64,000 nt of DNA from an uncultured Acidimicrobiales bacterium (GCA_905479685.1 CAJQNJ010000008.1:10488-74487), one strand, 5' to 3'. Positions 1 through 9,189 are shown, numbered from the stretch's first letter. Translations and numbers: made by a program. Notes: generated by a model from the sequence alone, not told the origin.

Positions 1-464
1 CCGACCGACGGCAACAGTGCACCTGCGAAGGCGCCCGCAAGTGGAATCGCTCCCTGCTTGGCGCCGAACGAGACACCTTGTCGATGAAATGCTGCCCCGG
101 TTGCGAGTGCCACGTTGGTCGAGACCTGCATGAATGCGTTCGCCAGCCCAGCAAGGGCAACTGCGATCGGGAAGGCCCACCACCGACCTGCAGTCGCCGC
201 AGCGCCGCTGCCGAAAAGAGACAAGAGCGCCCCAGCGCGCATTCCGGTTTGAGCGCCCACGCGAGTGACCGTGGCTGCGACTGGTTGTGCCAACGCCGCG
301 GCGAGCCCGAAGTAGAGAGCGGTCGCGAGTCCGAGTCGGCCAGCATCGAACCCCAGTGCAGAATCGAGTGACACGACCTGAGCGCTCGTCAGATAGAGCG
401 GCATGACTCCGACGGAGACGAAGACCACCGAAGTCAGTAGAGGCTTGCCTTGGAGGGGACTCAA
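1..464 (-). CDS. MFS-type membrane transporter, partial (N-terminal part only; continues past window start)
   Basis: My minus-strand translation from TTG at 464: SPLQGKPLLTSVVFVSVGVMPLYLTSAQVVSLDSALGFDAGRLGLATALYFGLAAALAQP... It is hydrophobic and MFS-like with no stop to position 1. The TTG overlaps the upstream stop (TTGA). Absent from the ORF track because it runs off the edge. Confidence 0.45.
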   Translation of the reverse strand, partial: MSPLQGKPLLTSVVFVSVGVMPLYLTSAQVVSLDSALGFDAGRLGLATALYFGLAAALAQPVAATVTRVGAQTGMRAGALLSLFGSGAAATAGRWWAFPIAVALAGLANAFMQVSTNVALATGAAFHRQGVSFGAKQGAIPLAGAFAGALLPSV

Positions 465-1057
465 TCGATGCCCAAGGCACCGCGAAGACGCGTGACGCGT
501 CCAGCATGATCCGTGTGATTCACGGGCGGAAGCGGGGATGAGTTGGTGACAGGAGCGACGACGAAGTGCGGACCTGGAGTACCGAGAACGCGTGGGAGAT
601 CGTCGGCGGCCTCATCGAGAGAGTTCCACGTCTCGACCGAGCCCGATCCGTTCACTCCGCCTCCATCGATTCCCGATGCCCGTGCCAAGCCAGCGAAGTC
701 CACTCGAGTTGGCAAGGACTGCCCACCTGTCATCTCATATGCGCGGTTCTCGAGCAGAACCACGACGAGATTGTCTGGACCGTGTTCAGCGAGCGTCACC
801 AATGACCCGAGTGACATCAACAAGCCGCCGTCACCCTTGAGCACGATCGTTCGTCGCTCAGGGCGAGCCACTGCGAGGCCCAGACCGAAGTCTGAGGCAT
901 GACCCATACCAAAGGCGAGAAAATCGAAGTCGAGTTCGTGGTCCGAGACGAGTGGCCATTGGAGGGTGGACGTCATGGTCATCACGACGATCTCGTCCGT
1001 ACGTGCTGCGGCCAACGCCGACAGAAGATCAAGGCGCTCGATCATCGGAAGGACCAC
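461..1057 (-). CDS. TPP-dependent decarboxylase, beta subunit (sulfopyruvate/phosphonopyruvate decarboxylase-like, TPP-binding domain)
   Basis: 198 aa. The GDGGLLMSLGSLVTLAE...LENRAYEMTGGQ motif is a GDG-X-N type TPP/Mg site. Short length fits a split ComE-like subunit. Confidence 0.75.
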   Translation of the reverse strand: MVLPMIERLDLLSALAAARTDEIVVMTMTSTLQWPLVSDHELDFDFLAFGMGHASDFGLGLAVARPERRTIVLKGDGGLLMSLGSLVTLAEHGPDNLVVVLLENRAYEMTGGQSLPTRVDFAGLARASGIDGGGVNGSGSVETWNSLDEAADDLPRVLGTPGPHFVVAPVTNSSPLPPVNHTDHAGRVTRLRGALGID

Positions 1058-1560
1058 CCGGTCAGGACCGCAGCAGGAAGCGAGCTCGCAGACGCGGTGT
1101 CATCCATGAGTCCTATGGTGTGCAGATCATCGTCTGTCATGAGGTGCCAGTGCGGCACATTCCAAGCATCGAGAAGCGGCTCGGTGTAGGGATGTGCCGA
1201 GTCGACCGGAAGGCGGCCTGCCTGAGCGCCGGGATAGCCTCGCCAGCCGACCATCAGGCGCAAGGGAATGTGAGGCCCGATTCCACACCCACGAAGTGCG
1301 TCCCCTGCTTCCATGAGGCCGGTGTTCTGGATGACGACCAGCGGCTTTCGTCCACCCACCCACAACCCAGCAGCAATCGCGATTCCCTCACCTTCGCGTG
1401 TTGGAGAGATGACGTTGAGCGCATCACAAGACCGCACCGCGTCGAACAGACGCGCGCTCTCGCTGTCTGGAATCATCACGACATCGGTGAAATCGAGCCG
1501 CATCAACGTCTCCACAGTCACCGCGCTGGACACACCAATGGGTTGGTTCACATCACTCAT
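1042..1560 (-). CDS. TPP-dependent decarboxylase, alpha subunit (pyrimidine-binding domain, ComD-like)
   Basis: Internal ATG at 1560 (MSDVNQPIG...) chosen because the long ORF would overlap the divergent gene. Contains PTREGEGIAIAAGLWVGGRKPLVVIQNTGL, typical of the TPP N-terminal domain. Overlaps the beta subunit by 16 nt. Confidence 0.7.
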   Translation of the reverse strand: MSDVNQPIGVSSAVTVETLMRLDFTDVVMIPDSESARLFDAVRSCDALNVISPTREGEGIAIAAGLWVGGRKPLVVIQNTGLMEAGDALRGCGIGPHIPLRLMVGWRGYPGAQAGRLPVDSAHPYTEPLLDAWNVPHWHLMTDDDLHTIGLMDDTASASSLPAAVLTGWSFR

Positions 1561-1635
1561 CTGGCCACTCCCTTGCACGATGTCGACTGCGCAGTTCAAC
1601 ATCCTGCATAATGCATGATCACGGAGGTTGCCACA

Positions 1636-3264
1636 ATGACAGAACAAACCGGGGCCCAACTCGTCGTCAACGCACTGCACAACGAAGGTGTTCGCACACT
1701 CTTCGGGATCCCGGGTGTTGACACTCTTGGGGTGTACAACGCACTGCTCGATCAGCCCGACATCCGAGCAATCAACGTGCGCCACGAGCAGAGTGCGGTG
1801 TTCATGGCAGACGGCTTCTTCCGTTCCTCAGGACAGATCGGCGTGGCATTGACAAGTGGTGGTCCCGGCGCACTCAACACGATGGGCGCCATGGCGTGTG
1901 CACACAACGACAGCAGCGCTGTTCTCCAGGTCGTCAACGAGAATCCTGCACACGTGCGACGAAAAGGCCTCGGCTACTTCCACGACCTCTCTGACCAACT
2001 CGCCATGTTCCGACCGGTCACCGACTTCGTTGCACAGCCGACGCTGGCATCGGAGATTGCGCCAGCAATCAACCAGGCGATGGGAGCACTTCGGAACCGA
2101 CGCCCCCGTCCAGCACTGGTCGAAATCGCCGGCGAAGCGTTCGTCCAGACATCCGAGTCCAGTGCACTGACTCCGGTTCCACTCGAGCGGCTCCAACCCA
2201 TCTCCGCTCAGGTCGAAGCTGCGGCCGAACTGATACGTAACGCGCAACGACCCGTCATCTGGTCAGGGGGCGGCGTGATTGCATCAGCGGCCACGTCCGA
2301 ACTGCTCGAGCTCGCCGATCGATTGGGAGCTCCTGTTCTGACATCACAGGCGGGCAAGGGATCGTTTCCCGTCGACCATCCACTACACGTCGGAAATTGG
2401 TCCAACGAACGGCCGGTGCGGGAGCTTCTCGAGCGCTCCGATCTCGTGATCGCAGTCGGGACCCGATTCTCCTACTTCCCGACGGGTGGCTGGTCGTTGC
2501 GTCTACCCGAGAACCTCGTCCAGATCGACCTCGATCCAGCCGAGATCGGCCGCAACTATCGAGCGGTCACATCCATCGTCGCCGACGCTCAGCCCGCATT
2601 GCGTCAGCTGATCGATCGCCTCGGCACCATCGAATCTGCCTCACGTGCCGACGAAGTAGCGGACGTGCATTCGCGCATCGCCGCTGCGTTGGGCACACCA
2701 TCGCCCGAGATCGAAATGCTCGACCAAATTCGTGCCGCCCTGCCAGCAGACGCACGAGTCTTCAACGACCCGACCACCATCGCGTTCTGGGCTCGGTCGT
2801 ACTGGCGCGCGCTCGAACCGAGGACCTGGTTCGTTCCGTCGGGAATGGGCACCCTTGGGTTCGCACTTCCGGCCGCGATCGGTTCGAAATTCGCTGTCCC
2901 TGATTCGCCTTCGGTCGCGGTGATCGGCGATGCCGGTGTCATGTTCACCATCCAGGACCTCATGACCGCTGTCGAGCACCACATCCCTGTCGTTGTCCTT
3001 GTATTCAACGACCGTGGATATGGCGTCGAGCGACGACACATGGACCACCTGTATGGTCGCCAGAATGGGGTCGAGTTGTTGCCACCCGACTTTGTGGCGC
3101 TCGCCAAGTCGTTCGGCGCTCATGGCATCCGCGTCGACGATCTCGACACGGCTGGCGCAGCGATCGATGAAGCACTCAACCGCAACGCCCCAGTACTCAT
3201 CGAGATCCCGAACCGCTTCGGCCACCCCGGTTACGGCTCTTGGGTCGACTGGGACAACGTCTAG
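1636..3264 (+). CDS. Thiamine-pyrophosphate enzyme, acetolactate-synthase-like family
   Basis: MTEQTGAQLVVNALHNEGVRTLFGIPG... then HEQSAVFMADGFFR, and GDAGVMFTIQDLMTAVEHHIPVVVLVFNDRGYG (TPP motif). GGAGG sits 8 nt upstream of ATG 1636. Confidence 0.85.
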   Translation: MTEQTGAQLVVNALHNEGVRTLFGIPGVDTLGVYNALLDQPDIRAINVRHEQSAVFMADGFFRSSGQIGVALTSGGPGALNTMGAMACAHNDSSAVLQVVNENPAHVRRKGLGYFHDLSDQLAMFRPVTDFVAQPTLASEIAPAINQAMGALRNRRPRPALVEIAGEAFVQTSESSALTPVPLERLQPISAQVEAAAELIRNAQRPVIWSGGGVIASAATSELLELADRLGAPVLTSQAGKGSFPVDHPLHVGNWSNERPVRELLERSDLVIAVGTRFSYFPTGGWSLRLPENLVQIDLDPAEIGRNYRAVTSIVADAQPALRQLIDRLGTIESASRADEVADVHSRIAAALGTPSPEIEMLDQIRAALPADARVFNDPTTIAFWARSYWRALEPRTWFVPSGMGTLGFALPAAIGSKFAVPDSPSVAVIGDAGVMFTIQDLMTAVEHHIPVVVLVFNDRGYGVERRHMDHLYGRQNGVELLPPDFVALAKSFGAHGIRVDDLDTAGAAIDEALNRNAPVLIEIPNRFGHPGYGSWVDWDNV

Positions 3265-3270
3265 TCCAAA

Positions 3271-3419
3271 TCTGCGACGCAGGTTCAGGCAGTCCGCAGT
3301 GAGGTCGAGGAACGCCAGCGACGGATCCTCGCCCGCGGCGAACGTAGTCTGCGACGCAGGTTCAGGCAGTCCGCAGCGAGGTCGAGGAGCGCCAGCGACG
3401 GATCCTCGCCCGCGGCGAA
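3271..3419. repeat. Tandem duplication, two 72-nt copies (3271-3342 and 3348-3419, period 77) with 2 mismatches
   Basis: Read directly: tctgcgacgcaggttcaggcagtccgcag[t/c]gaggtcgagga[a/g]cgccagcgacggatcctcgcccgcggcgaa. It fills the gap between two convergent TPP genes. Confidence 0.9.
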
Positions 3420-5087
3420 TCAGAGCACCGCGAGTGGTGCGAGGGCATCGATGTCGGTGACGACGTCGATGACGGTTGGTCGTCCCGATGCGAGACCACG
3501 TTCGATCGCTCCGGCGAGTTCGCCAGGTCGTTCGACACGGATGCCGAGGGCGCCCATCTGTTCAGCGATCGCCGCAAAGTTCACGTCGGTGAAGTGCCAC
3601 AGCTCGTGCGCGCCCTGTTCGGTCTGCTCGCCGCCGTACGCACGATCGAAACCGCGCTTCGACTGGTTGCCACCCGAGTTGTTGTTGACCAGGATCACGG
3701 CCGGGATGTCCCAGCGAACCGCGGTCTCGATCTCGGAGAGGTGATACCAGAATCCGGAGTCGCCAGTAAAACAGAGCACCGGTCGATCGGGTGCGCCACA
3801 TTTGGCGCCAAGCGCAGCCGGAAATGCCCAACCGAGGTGGCCTGCGGAGCGAAGATAACTCTGCTCGGCCAGCACGTCATACATGCCACCCATCCACATC
3901 CCAGCGTGCCCGGTGTCCACGACGATGATCGCATCGTCAGGCGCATTCGCCGAAAGCTCAGCGCACATACGTTCCGGACGGATCGGGACCTCATCAGAGG
4001 TCAGCTCGGCCGCATGTTCGCCGTGCCACGTGCGAACCGACTGGGCCACGCTCTCGCTCCAGGTTGTCGGAGACGCGGGTGAGTCGACCAGAGCAACCAT
4101 CGCCTCGAGCACCGATCGAGCGTCACCCTGAATGCCAACCTGGGGCGTGTAATTCCGCCCGATCGCCTCGGGGTCAATGTCGATCTGGATCGTCGCCACC
4201 CCAAAGGCGGGCACTTGCCAGAAATGTGTGGTCATCCCCCCGGTCTCGCTCCCAATGAAACAGACCAGGTCGGCGGCTGCCACGGTCTTGTTCGCCGATG
4301 CCCGCGAGTAGGTCCCGACCACACCAACCGACAGTGGATGATCTGCAGTGATCGTGTCCTTACCATTCAGCGAGGTAGCAACGGGGATCTGCATCTTTTC
4401 GGCGAAGGCTCTGAGCGCGTGACCGGCTCCGGACGCTCGTACGCCGCCACCAGCGATGATGACCGGACGTTCAGCGGTACGCAGCGCCCCGATCGCTTCG
4501 TGCAGCGGACTCTGATCTGCTGGCATCGGGCGATACGGCGGGACCTGCGCGTACTGGGTTTCAACCGACTCATCTGCGGTGATCTCGCCGAGGTCGACCT
4601 GACCCTCGTTGCCTCGGAACTGCAGGTGCACTGGTCCGGGTGAGCCCGATGTTGCGACTCGAAAGGCTTGGCGCACCATGTCGGGAATGCGCTCGGCATC
4701 ATCTACGGTGGCGTTCATCTTCGTGACCGGTTCGAATGCCGGCACGTCATCGACTTCTTGGTAGACCTTCCGGAACTTGGTCGATGGGTCTCGTCCGCCA
4801 GTGAACGCGATGACCGGTGAATGAGCCAGATGCGCATCCCGCAAACCAGCTGCAAGATTCAAGGCACCGATGACCTGGGCCATGCATACGCCTGGACGGC
4901 CCGAAGCCCTCGCATACCCGTCGGCCATGTACGCGGCCGACTTCTCGCTGTGCGGCCGAACACGTTTGATGTCGGTCTGACGTTCGAGCTCGACCATCGT
5001 GCGGCGAAGGACTGCTGGAACGTGAAAGATGTGCGTCACGCCGTAACCGTCGAGCATGCGGGCCAGTGCCTCGCCACCGATGGTCAT
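3420..5087 (-). CDS. Thiamine-pyrophosphate enzyme, acetolactate-synthase-like family (second paralog)
   Basis: 555 aa. MTIGGEALARMLDGYGVTHIFHVP..., SEKSAAYMADGYARASGRPGV, and GDSGFWYHLSEIETAVRWDIPAVILVNNNSGG (TPP motif). Confidence 0.85.
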   Translation of the reverse strand: MTIGGEALARMLDGYGVTHIFHVPAVLRRTMVELERQTDIKRVRPHSEKSAAYMADGYARASGRPGVCMAQVIGALNLAAGLRDAHLAHSPVIAFTGGRDPSTKFRKVYQEVDDVPAFEPVTKMNATVDDAERIPDMVRQAFRVATSGSPGPVHLQFRGNEGQVDLGEITADESVETQYAQVPPYRPMPADQSPLHEAIGALRTAERPVIIAGGGVRASGAGHALRAFAEKMQIPVATSLNGKDTITADHPLSVGVVGTYSRASANKTVAAADLVCFIGSETGGMTTHFWQVPAFGVATIQIDIDPEAIGRNYTPQVGIQGDARSVLEAMVALVDSPASPTTWSESVAQSVRTWHGEHAAELTSDEVPIRPERMCAELSANAPDDAIIVVDTGHAGMWMGGMYDVLAEQSYLRSAGHLGWAFPAALGAKCGAPDRPVLCFTGDSGFWYHLSEIETAVRWDIPAVILVNNNSGGNQSKRGFDRAYGGEQTEQGAHELWHFTDVNFAAIAEQMGALGIRVERPGELAGAIERGLASGRPTVIDVVTDIDALAPLAVL

Positions 5088-5500
5088 GATGTCGGAAGGC
5101 GAAAGGTCGCCACGCCACTAGTTGTCACAACTTCATCTCCTGTGTCATCAGACTTCTTCACCCAGAGCTCAGCACTGAACGTGCCGGCCCCTTCGTCGAT
5201 CTCAGTGATCGTTCCGCCGCACCTCAGCGAGTCACCCAAGTAGGCCGGGCTCGAGTGGCGATACGAAATACTTCTCATCTCCGCCGACGTGCCGAGCCAC
5301 CACTGCACAGCCTGAATCATGTAGGTGCCCTGCAATGGGCCATGCACCAGGAGGCCGGGGTGACCGTCGTGTTCAGTCGTGAACGGCAGGTCGTAGTGGA
5401 TGCGATGCAACAGCCACGCTGATGCGCTGAAGGTGAACAAGTCGATCGCATCGGGGACGCGCTCCATTGTCGGGATCTCGGTGCCAACGTTGACATTCAT
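5084..5500 (-). CDS. MaoC-like (R)-hydratase / hotdog-fold protein
   Basis: 138 aa. RIHYDLPFTTEHDGHPGLLVHGPLQGTYM is a hydratase-2-like motif. ATGA overlap with the downstream gene. Confidence 0.75.
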   Translation of the reverse strand: MNVNVGTEIPTMERVPDAIDLFTFSASAWLLHRIHYDLPFTTEHDGHPGLLVHGPLQGTYMIQAVQWWLGTSAEMRSISYRHSSPAYLGDSLRCGGTITEIDEGAGTFSAELWVKKSDDTGDEVVTTSGVATFRLPTS

Positions 5501-5985
5501 CGGTAGATCCTCGTGAACTCTTCTCGCATGACAAGCTCCATGCGCTGATTCTTGAAGGTGAACGCTTGAACGACAAAGACCAGGTCACCAGAACGCCCCG
5601 ACTTCTCGTAGAGGTCGATGATCTCCTTTTCGAGAGTGATCGTGTCTCCAGCAACGATCGGCACACCCATCTCGATCTTTGTCTCCCCTGCCATGGCGCG
5701 CGTCGTTTCGACCGGAGGTACATCTTCGCTCGATGATCCGTCAGGTTCGAGATCGCTGCGGTCTCGAAGGTTCGCGGCTTGCATACGGATCGTGTACGGG
5801 AAGTACGGCGGCGCAACAACATCGCCGTACCCGGCAGCCCGAGCGGCATCTGTATCGAAGAAGACCGGATCGGTTTCGCCGATCGCTCGCGCATACCTGG
5901 CGATGTCGGTAGCGCTGATGGTCACCTCGTACGGATCGAACGGTTCCTGTGCCCAGGCTCGGGCCTCATCGGTGAGCAACCCCAT
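5497..5985 (-). CDS. MaoC N-terminal-like hotdog protein (probable partner subunit of 5084-5500)
   Basis: Start taken at internal ATG (MGLLTDEARAW...), which overlaps the ACAD stop (TGATG). Contains IARYARAIGETDPVFFD...VVAPPYFP, typical of the non-catalytic hotdog subunit. Confidence 0.65.
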   Translation of the reverse strand: MGLLTDEARAWAQEPFDPYEVTISATDIARYARAIGETDPVFFDTDAARAAGYGDVVAPPYFPYTIRMQAANLRDRSDLEPDGSSSEDVPPVETTRAMAGETKIEMGVPIVAGDTITLEKEIIDLYEKSGRSGDLVFVVQAFTFKNQRMELVMREEFTRIYR

Positions 5986-7127
5986 CAGATCCCCATCGTC
6001 TTGGCGATGATGTTCTTCTGCACATCGGACGTGCCTGCCCCGATGACCCCGAGGCGAGACTCTCTGAAGTGGCGCTGGAGGTCGTACTCCATCGTGTAGC
6101 CGTAGCCTCCGAGCACCTGCAGACCCTCGTCGGCCACATGTTTGTACGCCTCGCACGCGTAGAGCTTGAGGATCGCCGCATCTCGCACCGTCGCCTCGCC
6201 CTTGTCGAGCAGCGCCGCATACCGGTACGTGAGCATCTCAGAGATCTCGGTCTGCATCTGCATCTCTGCAAGACGATGACTCACCGCCTGGAACTTCGAA
6301 ATCGGGCGACCGAACTGTTCACGTTCCTTCGCGTACTCGAGAGCATCCGCGAGCGCTGACTTCGCAGCGCCAGTCCGAGCAGCCGAGAGGCAGAGCCGCT
6401 CATAGCGAAGGTACACAGCGTTGTCATTCCACCCGTTGTGCAACTCTCCGAGCATTCGAGACTTCGGAACCCGCACGTCATCGAAGAAGACATGGGCTGT
6501 GCCGAGTGGCCAATGACCCAAGGTTTCCATAGCTGTCGCGGTGACACCTGGAGCGTCGGTGTCCACAACGAACAAGGTGATGCCGTGGTGCTTCTTCTCG
6601 CCGGTTGCGGTTCGTGTGGCAACAACATCGAGGTCGCTGGCTTTGAACCCTGAGGTGAATACCTTCTGCCCGTTCAGGATGAAATCGTCGCCGTCCTCGA
6701 CCGCCGACAAGCTGATGGCGGCAGCATCGGAGCCAGCTTCGGGCTCGGTCAAGCCAAAGCACACCGACGTCGACCCATCGGCGACCCTCGGAAGCATCTC
6801 CCGCTTGAGCGCTTCTTGACCGTCGCGGCCAATGGCCAGGCCGCCCCAGGTGACGGCTCGAAAGACCCAGAAGGCCAGATCGAGAAAGGACTTGCCGAGC
6901 TCCTCGAGCAGGATCGCGACCTCCATGGCTCCGCTGCCACCACCGCCGTATTCGGTCGGAATGTTGATGCCGAGCCAACCGAGTTCGCCCAGTTTTTCGT
7001 AGACCTCGCGTGGTGGTCGCCGTTCGGCATCACATTCGCGGACGTACTCGCGGGTGATCTCGCGTCGACAGAAATCTCTCACCGCCTCGCGAAACATGTC
7101 CTGCTCTGGCGTGAATTCGACTAACAC
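5985..7127 (-). CDS. Acyl-CoA dehydrogenase
   Basis: 380 aa. FGLTEPEAGSDAA, QFGRPISKFQAV, and a C-terminal GGYGYTMEYDLQRHFRESRL...GTSDVQ signature. Confidence 0.9.
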   Translation of the reverse strand: MLVEFTPEQDMFREAVRDFCRREITREYVRECDAERRPPREVYEKLGELGWLGINIPTEYGGGGSGAMEVAILLEELGKSFLDLAFWVFRAVTWGGLAIGRDGQEALKREMLPRVADGSTSVCFGLTEPEAGSDAAAISLSAVEDGDDFILNGQKVFTSGFKASDLDVVATRTATGEKKHHGITLFVVDTDAPGVTATAMETLGHWPLGTAHVFFDDVRVPKSRMLGELHNGWNDNAVYLRYERLCLSAARTGAAKSALADALEYAKEREQFGRPISKFQAVSHRLAEMQMQTEISEMLTYRYAALLDKGEATVRDAAILKLYACEAYKHVADEGLQVLGGYGYTMEYDLQRHFRESRLGVIGAGTSDVQKNIIAKTMGI

Positions 7128-7178
7128 AGCGGGTTCTCCTTACGTTCGGGAGCGTGAACTCCCCTCGAACAGCGCACA

Positions 7179-7206
7179 TTGACACTCTTGGAAAGAACAC
7201 TATAGG
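7179..7206 (+). promoter_or_regulatory. Candidate sigma70-type promoter (TTGACA, 16 nt spacer, TATAGG) in the divergent intergenic region
   Basis: TTGACA at 7179-7184 and TATAGG at 7201-7206, upstream of AAGGAG plus ATG 7270. The local sequence is visibly AT-richer. Confidence 0.3.
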
Positions 7207-7269
7207 TTTGACTTAACTGACGCGCCAGTGTCTCATTCTGCGAGACGAATGCTCGAAGGAGAACCTCTC

Positions 7270-8238
7270 ATGCCAACCCCCGACATCACAACCGTTCGAG
7301 CACTCGCCGAGAAGGTGTCGAATTGGGGCCGCTTCGGTGACGACGATGAACAGGGCACCATCAACCTGCTCTCACCCGAACACGTGGTCGCAGCAGCTCA
7401 ACTGGTCAAGACAGGGCGCACCATCTCGATGGCTCTTCCCTTTGACGCCGATGGGCCTCAGAACGGCGGACTCGGACGATTCAACCCCATCCACCTGATG
7501 ATCCGCGACGGCGCTGACGCAATTGCCGGCACGTCGATTCGAGACTTCTACGGCGGCGTCGACAAGTACTTCCGAGGCACCGACGACATCGTGATCATGC
7601 CGCTGCAATGCGGAACCCAGTGGGACGCACTCGGCCACGTGGTGTTCGAAGACGTGATCTACAACGGTTACTCCGCCGACCAGGTCAGCAGCAAGGGCGC
7701 AATGAAGAACGCCGTTACCCAGGCATGCGACAGCATGGTGGGACGCGGCGTGCTACTCGACATTCCTCGGGCGAACGGCGTCGAGTGGCTCGAGCCCGGA
7801 TACGCAATCGGTGCCGAGGATCTCGACCGTGCGTGCGAGATGGCCAACGTCGAGGTCGGTCCCGGTGACCACGTCTTCATCCGCACCGGCGCCATGACGC
7901 AGTGCCGGGCAGCCGGCGACTGGGGAAACTATGCAGGCGGAGACGCTGCCGGGCTTGGCCTCGACAGCGTGGAATGGATCGCCGAACGAAGCATCGTGGC
8001 GATGGCCACCGACACGTGGGGATTCGAGGTCCGGCCCAACGAAACCCCCGACGTCGCCCAGCCGCTGCACCTCATTCTCATCACCCACATGGGCCTCTGG
8101 CTCGGAGAGATCTTCGACCTCGATCCCATCGCCGATGACTGTGCCGCCGACGGCGTGTATGAATTCATGTTCTGCGGTCCGCCGCTTCCATTCACTCGAG
8201 CCGTTGGTTCGCCCATGAACCCAATGGCCATCAAGTAG
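7270..8238 (+). CDS. Cyclase-family protein (kynurenine-formamidase-like metal hydrolase)
   Basis: WGRFGDDDEQGTINLL..., and QWDALGHV / DTWGFE motifs typical of the putative-cyclase fold. ATG 7270 is preceded by AAGGAG. The ORF track start (7228) is a GTG. Confidence 0.75.
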   Translation: MPTPDITTVRALAEKVSNWGRFGDDDEQGTINLLSPEHVVAAAQLVKTGRTISMALPFDADGPQNGGLGRFNPIHLMIRDGADAIAGTSIRDFYGGVDKYFRGTDDIVIMPLQCGTQWDALGHVVFEDVIYNGYSADQVSSKGAMKNAVTQACDSMVGRGVLLDIPRANGVEWLEPGYAIGAEDLDRACEMANVEVGPGDHVFIRTGAMTQCRAAGDWGNYAGGDAAGLGLDSVEWIAERSIVAMATDTWGFEVRPNETPDVAQPLHLILITHMGLWLGEIFDLDPIADDCAADGVYEFMFCGPPLPFTRAVGSPMNPMAIK

Positions 8239-8248
8239 GAGTCACACC

Positions 8249-9148
8249 ATGCCTATGCAACCAATGCGCTCAATGATCTTCACGCCAGGCCACCGACACG
8301 ATTTGGTCGCCAAGGCAATCGCCTGCGGAACAGATGCCGTGATCGTCGACCTGGAAGATGCAGTAGCCCTCGACGAAAAGCCAGCAGCCCGTGCCGGCCT
8401 GAAGGACCTGCCGCCATCGGACGTTCCGATCTACGTTCGAACCAACGCCATCGAAACCGGCCTCATGTGGGACGACATCGTGGCCGCTGGGCAGGCAAAC
8501 ATCGACGGGCTCGTCATTCCGAAGGCGGAGTCCGCAGACGTCATGCGCGAGGTCGACGGCGCACTTCGAGCACTCGAGATGGCAGCGGGCCGCGAAGTCG
8601 GTTCGATCACGGTCATCCCCCTCATCGAGAGCGGCATCGGCGTTCGCGCAACGTTCGACATGATGTCGATCCGTGGCCGTTTCGAGGCAATTCTGTTCGG
8701 TGGCGGCGAGCAGGGTGACCTTGTAGCCGACCTTGGGGTCGAGTGGACACCCGAAGGAACCGGCCTGATGCACTCCCGTGCGCAGGTGCTGATGGACTCT
8801 CGAGCCGCCGGGTGCCAATACCCGATGGAAGCCGTGTTCATGGACTTCAAAAATCTCGATGCAATGCGCGTCGAGTGCGAACTGGCTCGGACGCTCGGTT
8901 ACGTCGGCAAGGTCGCGATCCATCCCGCACAAATCGCAGTCATCCACGACGTCTTCACACCGTCGGATGAAGAGATTGCGCATCACCGCCGCATCATCGA
9001 AGAGTTCGACGCTGCACTCGCCGAGGGCAGCGCCTCGATCCAGGTCGACGGGAAGATGGTCGACTACGCAGTCGCCCGCGTTGCACGCGCCGTGCTGGCA
9101 CGGGCAGAACTCGCAGACCGAGCCGCAGACCGCGGCGCCAGTTCCTGA
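8249..9148 (+). CDS. HpcH/HpaI aldolase / CitE-like acyl-CoA lyase (citryl-, malyl- or citramalyl-CoA lyase family)
   Basis: RSMIFTPGHRHDLVAKAIACGTDAVIVDLEDAV... and IPLIESGIGV...VAIHPAQI are CitE family landmarks. Confidence 0.85.
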   Translation: MPMQPMRSMIFTPGHRHDLVAKAIACGTDAVIVDLEDAVALDEKPAARAGLKDLPPSDVPIYVRTNAIETGLMWDDIVAAGQANIDGLVIPKAESADVMREVDGALRALEMAAGREVGSITVIPLIESGIGVRATFDMMSIRGRFEAILFGGGEQGDLVADLGVEWTPEGTGLMHSRAQVLMDSRAAGCQYPMEAVFMDFKNLDAMRVECELARTLGYVGKVAIHPAQIAVIHDVFTPSDEEIAHHRRIIEEFDAALAEGSASIQVDGKMVDYAVARVARAVLARAELADRAADRGASS

Positions 9149-9189
9149 ACACAATCTGAAAACATCCGTTTCATTCAAGGGGAAAGCAC

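Noticed and set aside
78-371. ORF 78-371 (+, 97 aa, Cys/Arg-rich)
   Set aside because: It is antisense to a much more convincing hydrophobic MFS-like reading frame on the minus strand.
461-1560. Phosphonate biosynthetic cluster (split enzyme as phosphonopyruvate decarboxylase)
   Set aside because: No PEP mutase is visible in the window. The adjacent gene is an MFS transporter and the context is catabolic. This remains possible only if pepM lies upstream of position 1.
3271-3419. CRISPR array (also considered for 18945-19008 and 48109-48291)
   Set aside because: There are only 2-4 directly abutting copies with no unique spacers, the unit sizes are wrong, and no cas genes are present in the window.
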